From contig OZ024744.1 in NCBI GenBank assembly GCA_964016885.1, forward strand, positions 69,378,001 to 69,442,000: 64,000 nt of DNA, given 5' to 3'. The notes beneath the pieces are model-generated. The model did no database searches, was not told the origin of the DNA, and saw only the letters and a program-made list of their open reading frames with translations. Source of the DNA: Eledone cirrhosa. Its lineage: Eukaryota. Position numbers and translations under genes: made by a program. The first letter of the stretch is position 1; every line of letters starts with the position of its first letter. This document shows, in pieces, positions 41,501 to 55,093 of this stretch.

Positions 41501-43319
41501 TGATAAACAATTGAAACACTGTTACATACATTTTATAGATTCAGTCGGGAAATTGAAATGAATCCTGGATTAGAATAATGTGCCAAAACAACCTTGAAGA
41601 GAGGAATAGTTATTCAAACTAAACTACACATATCATGTTGGATAAAGTAACAAAGATAAGAGAATTAGACTAAACACAGATTTACGTATGCCTAATAATC
41701 AATGAACTAGATAAAGTACAACACATACAAACAAAAGAAAAGATTACGAAAGGATAATTTTCAGGCGCATTAGATTGAAATTGAGAATTGAATAGACATG
41801 ACTAGACACGATAACAAAAACATGATGACTACATTTAGAATGCATCACACAAAATCCGACCCAAGAAGAATATGTTTTTACCATGAATACAAAAACCTAT
41901 TATAAAGTATCTATTGTGAAAATACAAAATAATAAGAAACTAATACAAATAAATACCAAACCTGAGAAATGTGTATTTCTTAATTCACTTTTCCTTATTC
42001 CCTTTTCTACCGAAAATATAAAAGATTCTAAATTATGGCACACCTGAAAGGAAGCTGTAGAAAAAATGAATTGATTTAAAAAATACAAAAATAAAAGAAA
42101 GAAAATGAAACATGGATTTGACTTGTTTTATTAAGAGTTTTACAAGAAAATCCGCTACATAGCCAATACATGACAGGAATAAACAAAGTGAAAGTCGAAA
42201 GAGAAAGAAAAAAAAACGAATCCAGAACTCTTAGAGAAGTGCAGGACCCAAACTTGAGATTGAAATATTTTTCATTGTGGCTTGAAACCAAATCTTTGCA
42301 ACAAGAAACTATAAAAAGCCAAAAATGAAATACAGGGTAGACCAAAAGTCGCAATACATAGGAAGAATAATTCCCATGTAGAGCATGTTATATAAATAAA
42401 TTGTTTCTTATAAAAACATAATTATTTTTACTAGGTATCGGGACTTTTGGACCACTCTAGAATAAAAAATAATAGTTTCATTTATTGGCCACAGGGGCCG
42501 ATGTAGAACAAAATATAATAATCACTGTAGAATGTGTTAAGGTTATGACAAAAAGCCAATCACATTGTTTCTAGCTGCCAAGTCTTAGCCAAAGAGAATA
42601 TGATAGAGCTGTAGGTTTGTCTTCTTACACGGAAATGTATACGAGAACAGTTACACGATCTATTTTCCGGACTAACAGTTTTACCATAACTAGAGTAATT
42701 AAAATAGGCTAAGAATCCCTCTATTTACCGGGATTTGGAATGACACACGGTGTTACCTATAGTCACCCGCTAACATGATCCGACGAATCACTTTACACGA
42801 TTTAGTTTCTAACTTTGCCTAATAGCCAATGAGGGAACATAATCGTGGTTGCTCACTTGGTGCTACAGGTAGCAGTCAAATGTTATACGTATCACATCCT
42901 ATCACCTTAAAGAAAACCGAACATTTTGGATAGTGCAGCCTTATCTATAGCATATCTGACGGTATAACTAGGGCTGGGACGGTCTCGGCTTGAATGCCTC
43001 GTCAGCACAGACTTAAAGCTCAATAACACCTTCGGTAAAAGAAAAGCCCTAAAAAATTCACATATTTTAGTTGAGGGTATGTTGCTTTCGGCAGGTGTCA
43101 ACCCACTGCTGGATGAAAACCTCAGTTTTTCATTGCCAGACATTTTTCAGTCTCTCACTTGATGTTCGGTTAGGACCCAGAGGCGGAGAGTAAATTAGTT
43201 GGAAGTGGGGGATACTCGTTCGGGCGTCGCTTTCTTTCTATTTCCATAAAATCATTCTGTATGCCAAATTTAGTATTTCTGTATGCCAAATTTAGTATTT
43301 CTAGTTCTAAGCCAGTACA

Positions 43320-43979
43320 ATTGGAGACATTAATCCAGTATTTGTCCATCTTGTCACGGCACGTCTTTCATGGTCGTCCTAGTTTTCATATTTCCATCAT
43401 TCTTCACCATTCAGTGCGGTTTTCTGTCTGTCTGTCATTCAGCTAATATTTCCTACACACCTCCCCTTTCTCTTCTTAACTGTGTTAACAATATAGTCGA
43501 TCTTTGTCTGTTCTCATATAAATTAGTTCGTCTTTTTCTCTGTCTTATATATGTTATACTAAGCATTAATCTTTCTATATTGTGTTGGCTTGCTGTCAGT
43601 TTCCTCATCATATTTTCTGTATGAGACCACATTTCTGATCCATATATGAATACTAATGTTATGCATTTGTTTGAGTTTTATACAGACGGAGAGGTTTTGT
43701 TTCATAATGACGTTCTGCTTGTTGTTGAACTGACTCCAACATTTATTACAGTGAAGGAGGATGAAATAGAACAAACATATATATATATATATATATATAT
43801 ATAAGGCTGTATATATATAGTGTCTGTTTGTTCTATTTCATCCTCCTTCACTGTAATAAATGTTGGAGTCAGTTCAACAACAAGCAGAACGTCATTATGA
43901 AACAAAACCTCTCCGTCTGTATAAAACTCAAACAAATGCATAACACTAGTATTCGTATATGGATCAGAAATGTGGTCTC
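43320..43979 (-). mobile_element. RTE-type LINE fragment with 155-bp inverted duplication
   Basis: LVF.YGSEMWS and GRP motifs; arms 43623-43777 and 43825-43979 around a TA-containing spacer. Confidence 0.8.
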
Positions 43980-43980
43980 T

Positions 43981-44497
43981 CAGCAAAAATTAGAAATTAG
44001 TATCAGTGCTCTGAAATAGCGATGTATGTAGGAATGTATGTATAGTATATTTGATAATATACTGTATGTTTTGGCCGAGACAAAGTAAGTGACATAGTTA
44101 CTACTTTAAAACTCATAGCGAATGGTCTTCAAAATGTTTTTAAATAAACATACACTATATTATCAAATATACTATATATACATTCATACATACATCGCTA
44201 TTTCAGAGCACTGATACTAATTTCTAATTTTTGCTGGACCGGCAACTGCTCTGCTCAATCAGCTCTTAAACATCACTGGAATTATATAAGAATCCAGCTT
44301 CGATAAGTCTCGGCAGAAGCGGAGGGATAAGCAATCTTGATAACCGTTAACAAACGAGAAACAGCTGTCGGTTGCTTCCCTTTGTTTTTGCCGAGACAAA
44401 GCAAGTGACATAGTCACTACTTTAAAACTCGAAGCGAATGGTCTTCAAAATGTTTTAAAATAAACATACAGTATATTATCAAATATACTATACATAA

Positions 44498-44500
<3 letters not shown>
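43981..44500 (+). mobile_element. Retrozyme/PLE-type unit: inverted segment plus partial tandem (316-bp period)
   Basis: Inverted 43981-44071 versus 44146-44236; direct repeat from 44074 and 44390; ends in (TA)n. Confidence 0.85.
44307..44397 (+). ncRNA. Type I hammerhead candidate, U3-A8 core, very long stem I
   Basis: Outer 20-bp stem GTCTCGGCAGAAGCGGAGGG/CCCTTTGTTTTTGCCGAGAC (4 G-U); inner AAGCAATC/GGTTGCTT; TTGATAA; stem II CGTT/AACG; GAAA; ACAGCTGT palindrome; GUC site. Confidence 0.85.
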
Positions 44501-44563
<63 letters not shown>

Positions 44564-45308
44564 GGTAATAATAATATTATTTATACTTATATATACACTA
44601 TATATAATTATAAACAGGAAAGGTCAGTAATTCAAAAGTCAGTAAGAAAAATACATAAGATGTTTTACAGAGCTGGAATATAAATTACAGAATAATCAAA
44701 ATTAAACCGTTAGACTGATCTCTCCAGAACAACTGTAACCCTTGATAAGATTGTAATAGGACCAATATACAATCAATAGTTGTAGCTACTAATAAACATT
44801 TACTAAAATATAACCACTGTAATGGAAAGGAAAACCTTGATATTAATACTCACAACACATGCATATTTGAACATTACCGGAACAATTATCACATTACATC
44901 CACCATAAACTTCATAGAAACTGCTTTTCATACCCAAGCATCTCTGTCTGCTTAATATGCTTTTATACCTGTATTGTAATATGTGATACCTTTACCATAC
45001 TGTGATATATATGCTTAGTACCATTGCTTGTTTCTTACCTGGTTATTCTGTACATGCCTAATATCTCTGCACACTTTCTATACGCTTGCATATGTACCGC
45101 TAATGTCCTCATTTTGCGAGTAACTTTCTTCTTTAATTCCTCTATAATTGTTGTGTAATTCTTTTATAATCTTTGTCGCATTCAATGATTCTGACTACAT
45201 CATCTTCACTCTTTAAATATGACACTGTTAATGACAATACTAATATCTACGTATCTTTACAATTGTTCTGTGGAATAAGAAGTTAATTATATGTCTAAAC
45301 TTTGCTAG

Positions 45309-45355
45309 TGCTCCGATGATTCCAAACGAAAGTTTGGAAGAAACGATTGTCAGCA
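45309..45355 (+). ncRNA. Type I hammerhead motif (core CCGATGA, one deviation)
   Basis: Stem I TGCT/AGCA; stem II TTCCAAAC-GAAA-GTTTGGAA; GAAA; ACGATTGT; GUC site; followed by AATAAA and (TA)n. Decayed GIY-YIG-like sequence upstream at about 44600-44800. Confidence 0.75.
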
Positions 45356-45549
45356 ATAAAATGTTTTAAACATAATTTATATATATATATGTATATATAC
45401 ATATATGTATATATACATTGTGGGAATACGAAGAATGCAAGAACCTGGGGGAGTTTTCCTCATCAGTTGTCTACTGGGGGTCTCGGATATTTCTACGCTT
45501 TAAAGACAAGATACTTACCACCCAGGGCGTTTAATAACTGGTTAAGTTA

Positions 45550-45766
<217 letters not shown>

Positions 45767-46020
45767 GTACATATATACGTACATATATACATACATGCAT
45801 GTATGTATATTTGCGTATCCCGGGTTCAATCAGGAGCATCCACAGTAAGTAAGGTACTCAATACATAGCAGAGTATAAATATTTAACATAGAAATGGCTT
45901 CTAAACGACAAGAACTGTTTCATTCCAAGGAAATTGACCCTGGTGATTTCCTTGGAATGAAACAGTTCTTGTGCAGTAGAAGCCATTTCTATGTTAAATA
46001 TATATAATATATATAATATA

Positions 46021-46869
46021 TACAATTCTTGCCACCCTAGACACATTAAAATTAATATTCCCTACAACTTAGCCAAGAGAATCTGTACTATAGTCTCCAA
46101 TAAAAACATCTGTTACTTACGGCTACAAGAACTAAAGGAAACACTCATAAGCAGGGACTGCCCTGCATCACTAATTGACAATGAAATCCAACGTGCCCTG
46201 AAACTCAGTACCCAGGACCTTAGATATCCAAAAGCAAACCAACCGAAACTAAAAGCTCTTCCAGACATCTCCACACACAACCCCCTCAACAATGAGGCCT
46301 TTGACACCATCCTCCAGAACATCCCTATGTTACAGAAGTACCATAGAATGAACGAAATCTTTCGAACACACGATATCATAAAGAGCAAAAGACAATCTAA
46401 GTCAATGAAAAACATCCTAACACATGCCAAGGTACTACCAACGACAACAACGAAACCCACAGTAAAAAAATGCGATAGACCCAACTGTGGCATATACATC
46501 AACCTAATAGAGGGTTCGGAATTCTATTTCAAACAGGGACAACGTTTTATAGTAAAGCACAATTTCACATGCGCATCAGAAAACCTAATATATGTATTAA
46601 CTTGCTCAGGTTGTCGAGAAGAATACATAGGCCAGACTAAAAACAGCCTCCGCCAACGCATGACTGTCCATAGATCCCAAATTAAAATACGGCAATACAG
46701 GAAAATACCACTGAGTGAACACATTGATACCTGTGCCGCCCAAAATCATCCCAACTTCAGAATCTTTCCCCTCTACAAATGTAAAGATAATGCCACCCAC
46801 ACCCAGCGCATCAGCAAGGAATCTTACTTTATTAACAAATACGGACCCCGTCTAAACACTTCTCCCTAA
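46021..46869 (+). CDS. Penelope-like (Neptune-like) ORF, 5'-truncated: RT thumb, Zn-motif linker, GIY-YIG
   Basis: NSCHPRHIKINIPYNLAKRI; KKCDRPNC..HNFTC; NLIYVLTCSGCREEYIGQT..LRQRMTVH; ESYFINKYGPRLN. Open frame begins right after a TA run. Confidence 0.92.
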   Translation, partial: YNSCHPRHIKINIPYNLAKRICTIVSNKNICYLRLQELKETLISRDCPASLIDNEIQRALKLSTQDLRYPKANQPKLKALPDISTHNPLNNEAFDTILQNIPMLQKYHRMNEIFRTHDIIKSKRQSKSMKNILTHAKVLPTTTTKPTVKKCDRPNCGIYINLIEGSEFYFKQGQRFIVKHNFTCASENLIYVLTCSGCREEYIGQTKNSLRQRMTVHRSQIKIRQYRKIPLSEHIDTCAAQNHPNFRIFPLYKCKDNATHTQRISKESYFINKYGPRLNTSP

Positions 46870-47244
46870 GACGAACCCACAACATACACACGTCCACATA
46901 CATACCTACATCAACATACATCCTACATACATTTTAATCCACAAGTATCCCATACGGCAGGGCCTAATGGATTCCCTTGAAGTACGTACAATCTGGACAC
47001 ACTCACACTCACACACACCTTGGTGTTATGACAATACTATGCATCATTGCACCTCTTTTATTATTGAACATTCACGTGACTTCTACCGACCAATCAAAAT
47101 TATAGTGCTTATTCACGTGACATTCAACAACCAACCAAATCACGAACGCTCTATCTCAAAATTATTTTTGAAAAGCATTTGAAATGCGCAACCGGTAAAA
47201 AACTTAAAACTAACACTGAATACTAACCATTACTTATTACTCAT

Positions 47245-47427
47245 TGGTGGATTGGCAGTATCGGTAGAGGGTCGGACGCCATGCTTTGACGCATAGAGTT
47301 ACGACCCTTGCCATTCTGAGTTCAAATCCCGCCGAGGTTAACTTTGCCTTTCATCCTTACGGGGTCGATAAAATAAAGTACCAGTAATGTACTGGTAATT
47401 TCTGGCCTTGTGCCAATAGTGGAAACA
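47245..47427 (+). mobile_element. SINE with 13-bp TSD
   Basis: ATTACTTATTACT on both flanks. Confidence 0.9.
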
Positions 47428-47753
47428 ATTACTTATTACTAATTTATACTTATTCCTAATTAAACTATTTTTCACTGGAAAAATCTGTCAGCATTTTCTT
47501 TTCCTTTTTACTAATATATATATATATATTGGAGAGGAAGCACACAAGTTAGGATATATATATATATGAAAACTAGGAGAAAAAGACGATTATTAGGAAG
47601 AAAAATATTTTTTTCCCCTTTTTATTTTTTCTCTCTTTTTTTCTGGGTTAGAAAATGATTAAAACGAAATATTTTACTTTGTATGAAGTGTTAAGGTACT
47701 AGTTGATTTATTTATTACTTAACAATAGCATTTATTTATTTATATATTTAATA

Positions 47754-47801
47754 ATTGTCTATTACCGGTTTCAGCATTTTTATGCATTATCAAATGATAA
47801 T
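47754..47801 (-). ncRNA. Minimal hammerhead candidate, U3-A8 core, 3' of PLE ORF
   Basis: Minus: ATTATCAT-TTGATAA-T-GCAT-AAAA-ATGC-T-GAAA-CCGG-TA-ATAGACAAT; ACCGGT palindrome; GUA site. Confidence 0.7.
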
Positions 47802-48229
47802 AATATGTATTTGTGTAGAATGGTGGTGTTGGACATGTTAAAGAAATGGCGCAGAAAGAATAATATTATTTACAAACAAGGTTTATGAAGTGAAAAGAAA
47901 AAAGAAAAAAAGGAACGTAATGTGGAGCATAATAAGGCAATGTGAAAGAAAAAACAATGTTATTTACAGCATAGTTCTTGAAGATAAGCAAATCAAAATG
48001 TGTTAATATAGCAAGAGTGCTTAGTTGATCCATGATGGAGGCAAATGGTGGACTGGTTTCCCTTTTTAGAGAGTTAATATGCAGAGGGGGGGGGGGATGA
48101 TATTTAATTTATTTAAGAAAAAGGATGAGGTAGGGTGTATGGGAGGTAACTCTTTAGCGCGACATAGGTGTTTGTAAATGTTTCAGTGTTCGTTCCAGTT
48201 TTAGTTTAGTCCGAAGTTTAGTGCATTAA

Positions 48230-49385
48230 GTAGAGGTAGGAATTTGTTTATGAAATACGTTTCCTTATTGTTACGATGGATGAAAGTAGCGTTGTCTATG
48301 AATTTGTAAATGGGGAAAACATTTTAAAGTTTGGATGTTGGTTGGGTGCACAATTGGGATATGTTCACTAAACGCAATCTTTCTGTATTTCTGTATTTTG
48401 ATTTGTGATTTATGTACGGTCATACGTTGTCGGAGGCTGTTTTTTGTCTGTCCTATGTAGTGCTCTTTAGAACCTGAGCAGGTCAAAACATAGATTAGGT
48501 TTTCAGATGCACATATAAAGTTGTGTTTAACTGTGAAATATTGTCCTTGTTTAAAATGGAATGTTGAACTTTCTATTAGATTTATGCATATGCCTTCCGC
48601 ATTTTTTTTACTGTAGGGTTCATTGTGAGGGTTTGTTGGATTTTGGCTTGTGTGAGGATGTTTTTATGGATTTAGGTTATGGATTTTTTTCATTCTTGGG
48701 TCTCTTTTTAGTAAAGGAATGGTCTGGAGGATGGTGTCGAATGCCTCATTGTTGTGGAGGTTGCGTGTGGAGCTGTATGGTAAAGTTTTCTGTAGCGGTT
48801 CATTCCTGGGTTTGGGGTGTCTGAGTTCCTGGATGTTGAGTTTTAAGCACGCTGGAATCCATTGTTGATTAGGCATGGTTGGTAGTTTCTGCTGATAAGT
48901 GTGTTCTTTAATTCTTCTAGTCGTGTGTAGCATGTGTATTTATCTGAAACTATTGTGCAGATCCTTCTGGCTAGGTTATAAGGAATTGCCATTTAGGTAT
49001 GTCAAGGGTGGCACGAGTTGAATGGAAGGTATTGTTTGGAGTCTGTGCGTTTGTAGTATATGTCTGTTTCTATTTTGTTACTTGTTTTCTTGATGAGGAT
49101 GTCGAGGAAAGGGAGTTATTCATGGCTGTAATCCATTGTGAATTGTAAGTTTCTATTGAGTCCATTCAGAAGGGTTTTAAACTCAATCAGTCTTTCTATA
49201 CTTTCATGCCAGAGGATGTAGCAGTCGTCCAGATATCTCTTCCAGTTCTTTTCTATGTGTTGGTAGAAGTGGTTGCCGTATTTGTCTAGAACTTTGCGGT
49301 AGAGAATGGTTTCCAAATATCCCATGACAAGGTTGGCGTATGAGGGAGCCACTTTCGTGCCCATGGCAGTCCCATAGAGTCCCTC
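48230..49385 (-). pseudogene. Frameshifted Penelope-like RT and GIY-YIG, related to 46021-46869
   Basis: GTAMGTKVAPSYANLVMGYLE; WKRYLDDCYILW; LPFLDILI; YIGQTKNSLRQRMTVH. Confidence 0.92.
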
Positions 49386-49641
49386 CAACACAAATTATTT
49401 ACGGATACTCTGTGGGAGTTCACTACGGAAATGTTCAATCCAGAATTGTATTGCCTCATATTTGAAATTGAGTGGCGCTGTTTCAAGTGTTCAGCAATTT
49501 TTAGACAACTTAATCAGTGAAACAATTGTCAGACTGTAAATAGATCCCTTTTTTGTACTGTTGACCATGTTCTTCTTCATTTTTTCAATTATATATATAT
49601 GTGTGTGTGTATATATGTATATATATATATGTATATATGTA

Positions 49642-49744
<103 letters not shown>

Positions 49745-50681
49745 TAACAGAGAAAGCCTTAAGCTATACTCTGACTGGCTTCCGTCTCACTCAACAAACA
49801 TTGGGATATACCTTAGTATAATCCCAATTTTACGTTTGGGGTGCTAACTATGTGTATTTTGCGGATAGCCAGTTGTATTATTTTATATGAGACATAATTA
49901 AAATATATCTCCTTTTCCAAACAATTGTTTCATTATAAGTTTTCTACAAGTTGGGAGAATGTGTCCGGGTTATGTAGAAGCCTTCCCAACATTCCGTAGA
50001 AATATATGCAGGTGGGCACTTATAAATCATCAGTGGATGCCCGTCAAACATCGATATAAAAAAATTTTCTCTTACCGATGTTTTAATCCCATGTCAGCGG
50101 TTGTCTCTCTCCGTATCAGAATGACCGCCAAATTTGAAATTCCAGCAGTCTCAGAATGAGGAGTCTCACACTGTATATATATATATATACATATATTTAG
50201 ATGTATATGTATATGTGTATGAACATGTATATATATATATCAGGTTGGATTTAGTTTGAAATTTGAAACTGGTTAGACCATTTTTTAACAGAGTACTCGA
50301 TACTTGGGGTTGTAGAGTATGGTTATATTTCATATAGACCCGTTGAAACGGCAATAGCTCAGCGGTCGAGAGTCCCGACACTTTATAATATATATATATA
50401 TATATATATAAGTTTATCCCGAGTTCAATCGGTAAGTAAGGTACTCAATACATAGCAGAGTATAAATATTTAATATAGAAATGGCTTCTACAGAACTAGA
50501 ACGGTTTCATTCGGGAGAAATCATCAGAGCTCCCTGATGATTTCTCCCGAATGAAACAGTTCCACTCCTGTAGAAGCCATTTCTATATTAAATATATCTA
50601 TCTATCTCCATATATATATAATATGTTGATTTAACACTTCACTGCTCGCAAGTGTTTTTTAAGCTTCATATCATGTCTCCC

Positions 50682-50752
50682 TATTTTATCTGATGAGAAC
50701 GCAAATATCATCCCATGATGATATTTGTTTTTGAAATGCGCATAATAAAATA
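50682..50752 (+). ncRNA. Type I hammerhead ribozyme, homologue of 15213-15283
   Basis: Identical stems I and III and core; stem II CAAATATCATC/GATGATATTTG is a perfect 11 bp. Confidence 0.85.
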
Positions 50753-50782
50753 CATAGAACTCTTTTAACCATCTTTTGATCT

Positions 50783-50838
<56 letters not shown>

Positions 50839-50860
50839 GTGTGTGTGTGTGTGTGGGGGG

Positions 50861-50992
<132 letters not shown>

Positions 50993-51427
50993 GTATGTAG
51001 GTATGTACGTATGTACATATAAATCACGGGGTTTGGGTAACTATTACTATTTTATCATTTCTATTAATTACTCTTATTTTTTTGTTCGCATATTGTCGTC
51101 TACCCGCTATATCTAAGGAGTCTACCCTGACTCGGGATAATATTCCTGATCTCATCGAGTAGGCGTATAGGAGGACGGAATGATTCGATTTGTCTCTCCC
51201 TATGACAGTGTGATATCATTTTGATTTTGAAAATAGCACTAAAAAACCCGGATATCTTTTCGGATCAGTGAATTTTCTGATAGCTTTTTGCTTTATACCA
51301 ATAAACCACGACTCACTACCATTTTTTCCCACTATTCTTTTCCGACTACACTCTTCTTACCTTCTCCATCTCACCCCAAGAAATGGCCACGTGAATAGGC
51401 CTAGTTTCCTCTATATTTCTATTTCTC

Positions 51428-51550
51428 GTGGAGGCGTGTGGCTGAGTGGTTAGAGAATAGGATTCGCAATCATGAGGTTGTGAGTTCGATTCCCGGACCG
51501 GGCGATGCGTTATGTCCTTCAGCAAGACACTTTATTTAACGTTGCTCCTT
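51428..51550 (+). mobile_element. Second tRNA-derived SINE family, head region
   Basis: TGGCTGAGTGGTTAGA A box, GAGTTCGATTCCC B box, GTCCTT.AGCAAGACACTTTATT; related copy at about 63828-63990. Confidence 0.8.
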
Positions 51551-51912
51551 CTACCTGGAGTTGCGACCGATAGATAGTATTAGCAATTGGAAAGACCAAT
51601 GGAAACATTGTTTCCTCAGTCCGATTTGACGAAAGTCGATCGCTCCTTCCTTCTATTTCTTCTTTAATTTCTCATTCTATTTTCCTACTATATCAAGCGT
51701 AAAACTAATAATATATTTATTCATTGTACTGTGTCGTTTGGTTTGTTATTTCAGTTTGACTTTTGTAAACACACACACACACACATTTCCGAAGAAAAAG
51801 CAAAAGAAAAAAGTGTGCTCTATATATAATACAGAGCTATTTAATTAGAAAGTTAACTCATCAGATGAAATATTTATCTATAAATAAATATTTATTTTTT
51901 ATAATTAAATAT

Positions 51913-51978
51913 TTCATCTGATGAGCGAATTAGACGTATGTTGATATTGTCTAGGGTCCTGAAACCTATGGTAATGGA
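51913..51978 (+). ncRNA. Type I hammerhead candidate in short fold-back
   Basis: TTCAT/ATGGA stem I; CTGATGA; TAGAC/GTCTA in stem II; GAAA; ACC-TAT-GGT; GUA site. Inverted 20-mer at 51857-51876; ends near (TA)n. Confidence 0.65.
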
Positions 51979-52006
51979 GTAGTTATATATTGTGTTGTTT
52001 ATTTTC

Positions 52007-52093
<87 letters not shown>

Positions 52094-52299
52094 CAGAGTG
52101 TTGTAGTTTGCTTGAAGCATTGTTGACTAGGAAACACAAATTTAAATAATTTTGAAAACCATATAATGCTATAGAAAATTAAAATTGCCAAGATAACAAT
52201 AGAATCTTACCTTAGCAAATTTAATAATCCCAAATAGTTTAACAACCCATTATCAAGGGAGTATCCCTGTGAGGGACTTAAAGGATCGATCGGAGATGA

Positions 52300-52535
52300 T
52301 TTGCTGGGACTGAAAACTACTAAAAATTTCAACAAGACCCCACAGAAACACTTATAAATTTATTGGATCAGAACTGAGCTCAGTTCTGAACCCTGCCAAA
52401 AACTTCAACAAGGCCTGCTGGGACACATTTGATAATAGATTTACTGAAACAGAGTTGAGCTAGGGTTAAACATCACAACTTCAACAAGACCTGCTGGAAC
52501 ACCTTTCATTGTAGCTACATTTGACGAGAGCTGAC
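52300..52535. repeat. Diverged about 75-bp tandem repeat, 3 units
   Basis: TTCAACAAG.CC..ACAC.TT..GAGCT recurs near 52328, 52404 and 52480. Confidence 0.7.
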
Positions 52536-52616
52536 CTTTGTCTCAATAACAACGATAACATCAACAGCGGCAGAATGGTGCTTCAAACAAAAATACACGC
52601 AAATATCCTTTGTTAA

Positions 52617-52854
52617 TCCGTTAGCATTTACACTACTCGATATATACTATTATATTTTCATGTGATAAAGCCTTTCATGTGAAAGGCTTTATCTTACATA
52701 ATTATCTCACACACTCTCGAATCTATGAGATTTTGAGGTTATTTATTTTGAGAACAATACCTTAACGTCAGTATGAGCGGCAGGTTACAACCGATTTGAA
52801 CAGAAAGAGGTAAAACGATCCTGGACGGAAACCGCTGGTTTAAATGCTAAAGGG
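52617..52854. mobile_element. piggyBac-like MITE
   Basis: TTAA on both flanks; TIRs TCCGTTAGCATTTA/TAAATGCTAAAGGG; internal palindrome 52660-52699. Confidence 0.7.
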
Positions 52855-53169
52855 TTAATCTAATCAATAACTCTACCATATGTATACTGTAATTCTCCTA
52901 TATATACTAAAACGACGCCTATATTTCGTACTATTCGAGTTTGTTTATGAGGTTTTATCGCATTGCCCGTTTTTCGCCCTGTTTTATTTTCTGTATCTGT
53001 ACTTAATTCAGTATTTATATCGTTGCTTTTGTGCGTGTTTGAGTTTCAATAAAAGCGTGGGAATATATTTCTACTCTGGTCTAAACATTGTGAGTGGTTA
53101 GTCAATTATAGTTGCCGTTTCTTTATTGTAAAGTCTGATTTAAGACAGAGTGGTTAATAGTCTCGAAGA

Positions 53170-53203
53170 AGACGACAACAATGATGATGATGATGATGAT
53201 GAC

Positions 53204-53237
<34 letters not shown>

Positions 53238-53300
53238 GTCATGGTGATGATGGTGATGGTGATGATGATGATGATGGTGACGATGATGATGATGATGACA

Positions 53301-53336
<36 letters not shown>

Positions 53337-53528
53337 GTGATGGTGATGGTGATGGTGACGATGATGATGATGATGACGATGATGATGGTGATGATGATGG
53401 TGATGGTGATGGTGACGATGATGATGATGATGACGATGATGATGATGATGATGACGATGGCGATGATGATGATGATGACGATGACGATGATGATGATGAT
53501 GACGATGATGATGACGATGATGACGATG

Positions 53529-53560
<32 letters not shown>

Positions 53561-53760
53561 GGTGATGATGATGATAATGACAGCAAAGAAAAATAACAAA
53601 ATAATAGTTGTGGTGGTGGCGGTGGTGGTGGTGGAGGTGGCGACGATGACAAAGATGCTGATGATGATGATGATGATGACGACGACGACGACGACGACGA
53701 CGACGATGATGATGTAGATGATGATGATGATGACGATGACGATGATGATGATGGTGATGG

Positions 53761-53796
<36 letters not shown>

Positions 53797-53988
53797 CGAC
53801 AGCAAAGTAAAATAACAAAATAATAGTTGTGGTGGTGGTGGAGGTGGCGACGATGACAAAGAAACTGATGATGATGATGAATTGACGACGACGACGACGA
53901 CGATGATGATGATGGTTGTGATGTTGGAGTGATGATCGTCATGACGATGATGATGATGATAGAGCTGGTTGTGGCGGTGAGGAGGACG

Positions 53989-54028
<40 letters not shown>

Positions 54029-54043
54029 TTGGTGGTGGTTCTG

Positions 54044-54113
<70 letters not shown>

Positions 54114-54125
54114 CAGTAGTAGTAT

Positions 54126-54190
<65 letters not shown>

Positions 54191-54205
54191 TTGGTGGTGG
54201 TTCTG

Positions 54206-54280
<75 letters not shown>

Positions 54281-54281
54281 T

Positions 54282-54320
<39 letters not shown>

Positions 54321-54350
54321 GAGGAGGAGGATGATGATGAGGTGGTGGAA
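53170..54350. repeat. Compound trinucleotide microsatellite (GAT/GAC/GGT then AGT) with higher-order duplications
   Basis: Direct inspection; GACAGCAAAG.AAAATAACAAAATAATAGTTGTGG occurs twice. Confidence 0.95.
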
Positions 54351-54837
54351 GAGGATGTGGGGGTGGAAGGGGAGGGGAGAAGTAGCGAGAAGAGGATCGT
54401 GATGCTGTTTGTTGTTTTTTTGTTTTCTTTTCGGTGGTGATGGGTGGGGTGGGGTGGTTGTTTTTGCTATTGATGGGTGGCGGTGTTGGGTGGTTGTGAT
54501 GGCGATGCTGTTGAGTATAATGAGCATCATACATGTGACGTCTATAATGATAATTACTTACAACTGTGATGTTTACGTTTGTCCCAAAAGATTTAATAGT
54601 GCAGAAAACGTTTCGAATTGTGATGTGAAAAGTGGGCGTATGTAAAGCAAGGCGGATGTTCACCCGTAATTCTAGCTGTTGCCTTTACAGGTTAACACTT
54701 CGGAATAAATTAGTTGATCCGCTACGTGGTCTGTATATATATATATATATATAGTAATAATTATAAATTTGAAGACTAAAATCCAAAGAGGGCTCGATAA
54801 GGATAAATATATATCAAATATATAAGAACCCTAGAGC

Positions 54838-54984
54838 AAATATTTATTAAAATAACAGATTAAAGTTTAAGCAAAGAATCGCTGCTTTCACCCTTAACGG
54901 GATCTTCTGAGTTTCAGAAGATCCCGTTAAGTGTGAAAGCAGCGATTCTTTGCTTAAACTTTAATCTGTTATTTTAATAAATAT
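54838..54984. mobile_element. 72-bp-arm fold-back beside (TA)n with degenerate HHR-like motif
   Basis: Arms 54838-54909 and 54914-54984; CAGAAGA-T-CCC-GTTAA-GGG-T-GAAA; same sequence at 13570-13636. Confidence 0.75.
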
Positions 54985-54993
54985 ATATATATA

Positions 54994-55093
<100 letters not shown>

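Larger units (their letters stand above)
39200..42600 (+). pseudogene. Ancient decayed R4/Dong LINE, interrupted by later insertions
   Basis: Remnants resembling KQ..AK..IR..KRQRRF, LLLEE.KG..G.KDQLL, LRRGIF, FS.EIEM..GLE.CAK; boundaries approximate. Confidence 0.55.

Noticed and set aside
49390-49590. HHR 3' half GAAACAATTGTC at the 5' junction of the minus-strand PLE
   Set aside because: No matching CUGANGA box or stem I, and it does not match that element's own 3' tail.
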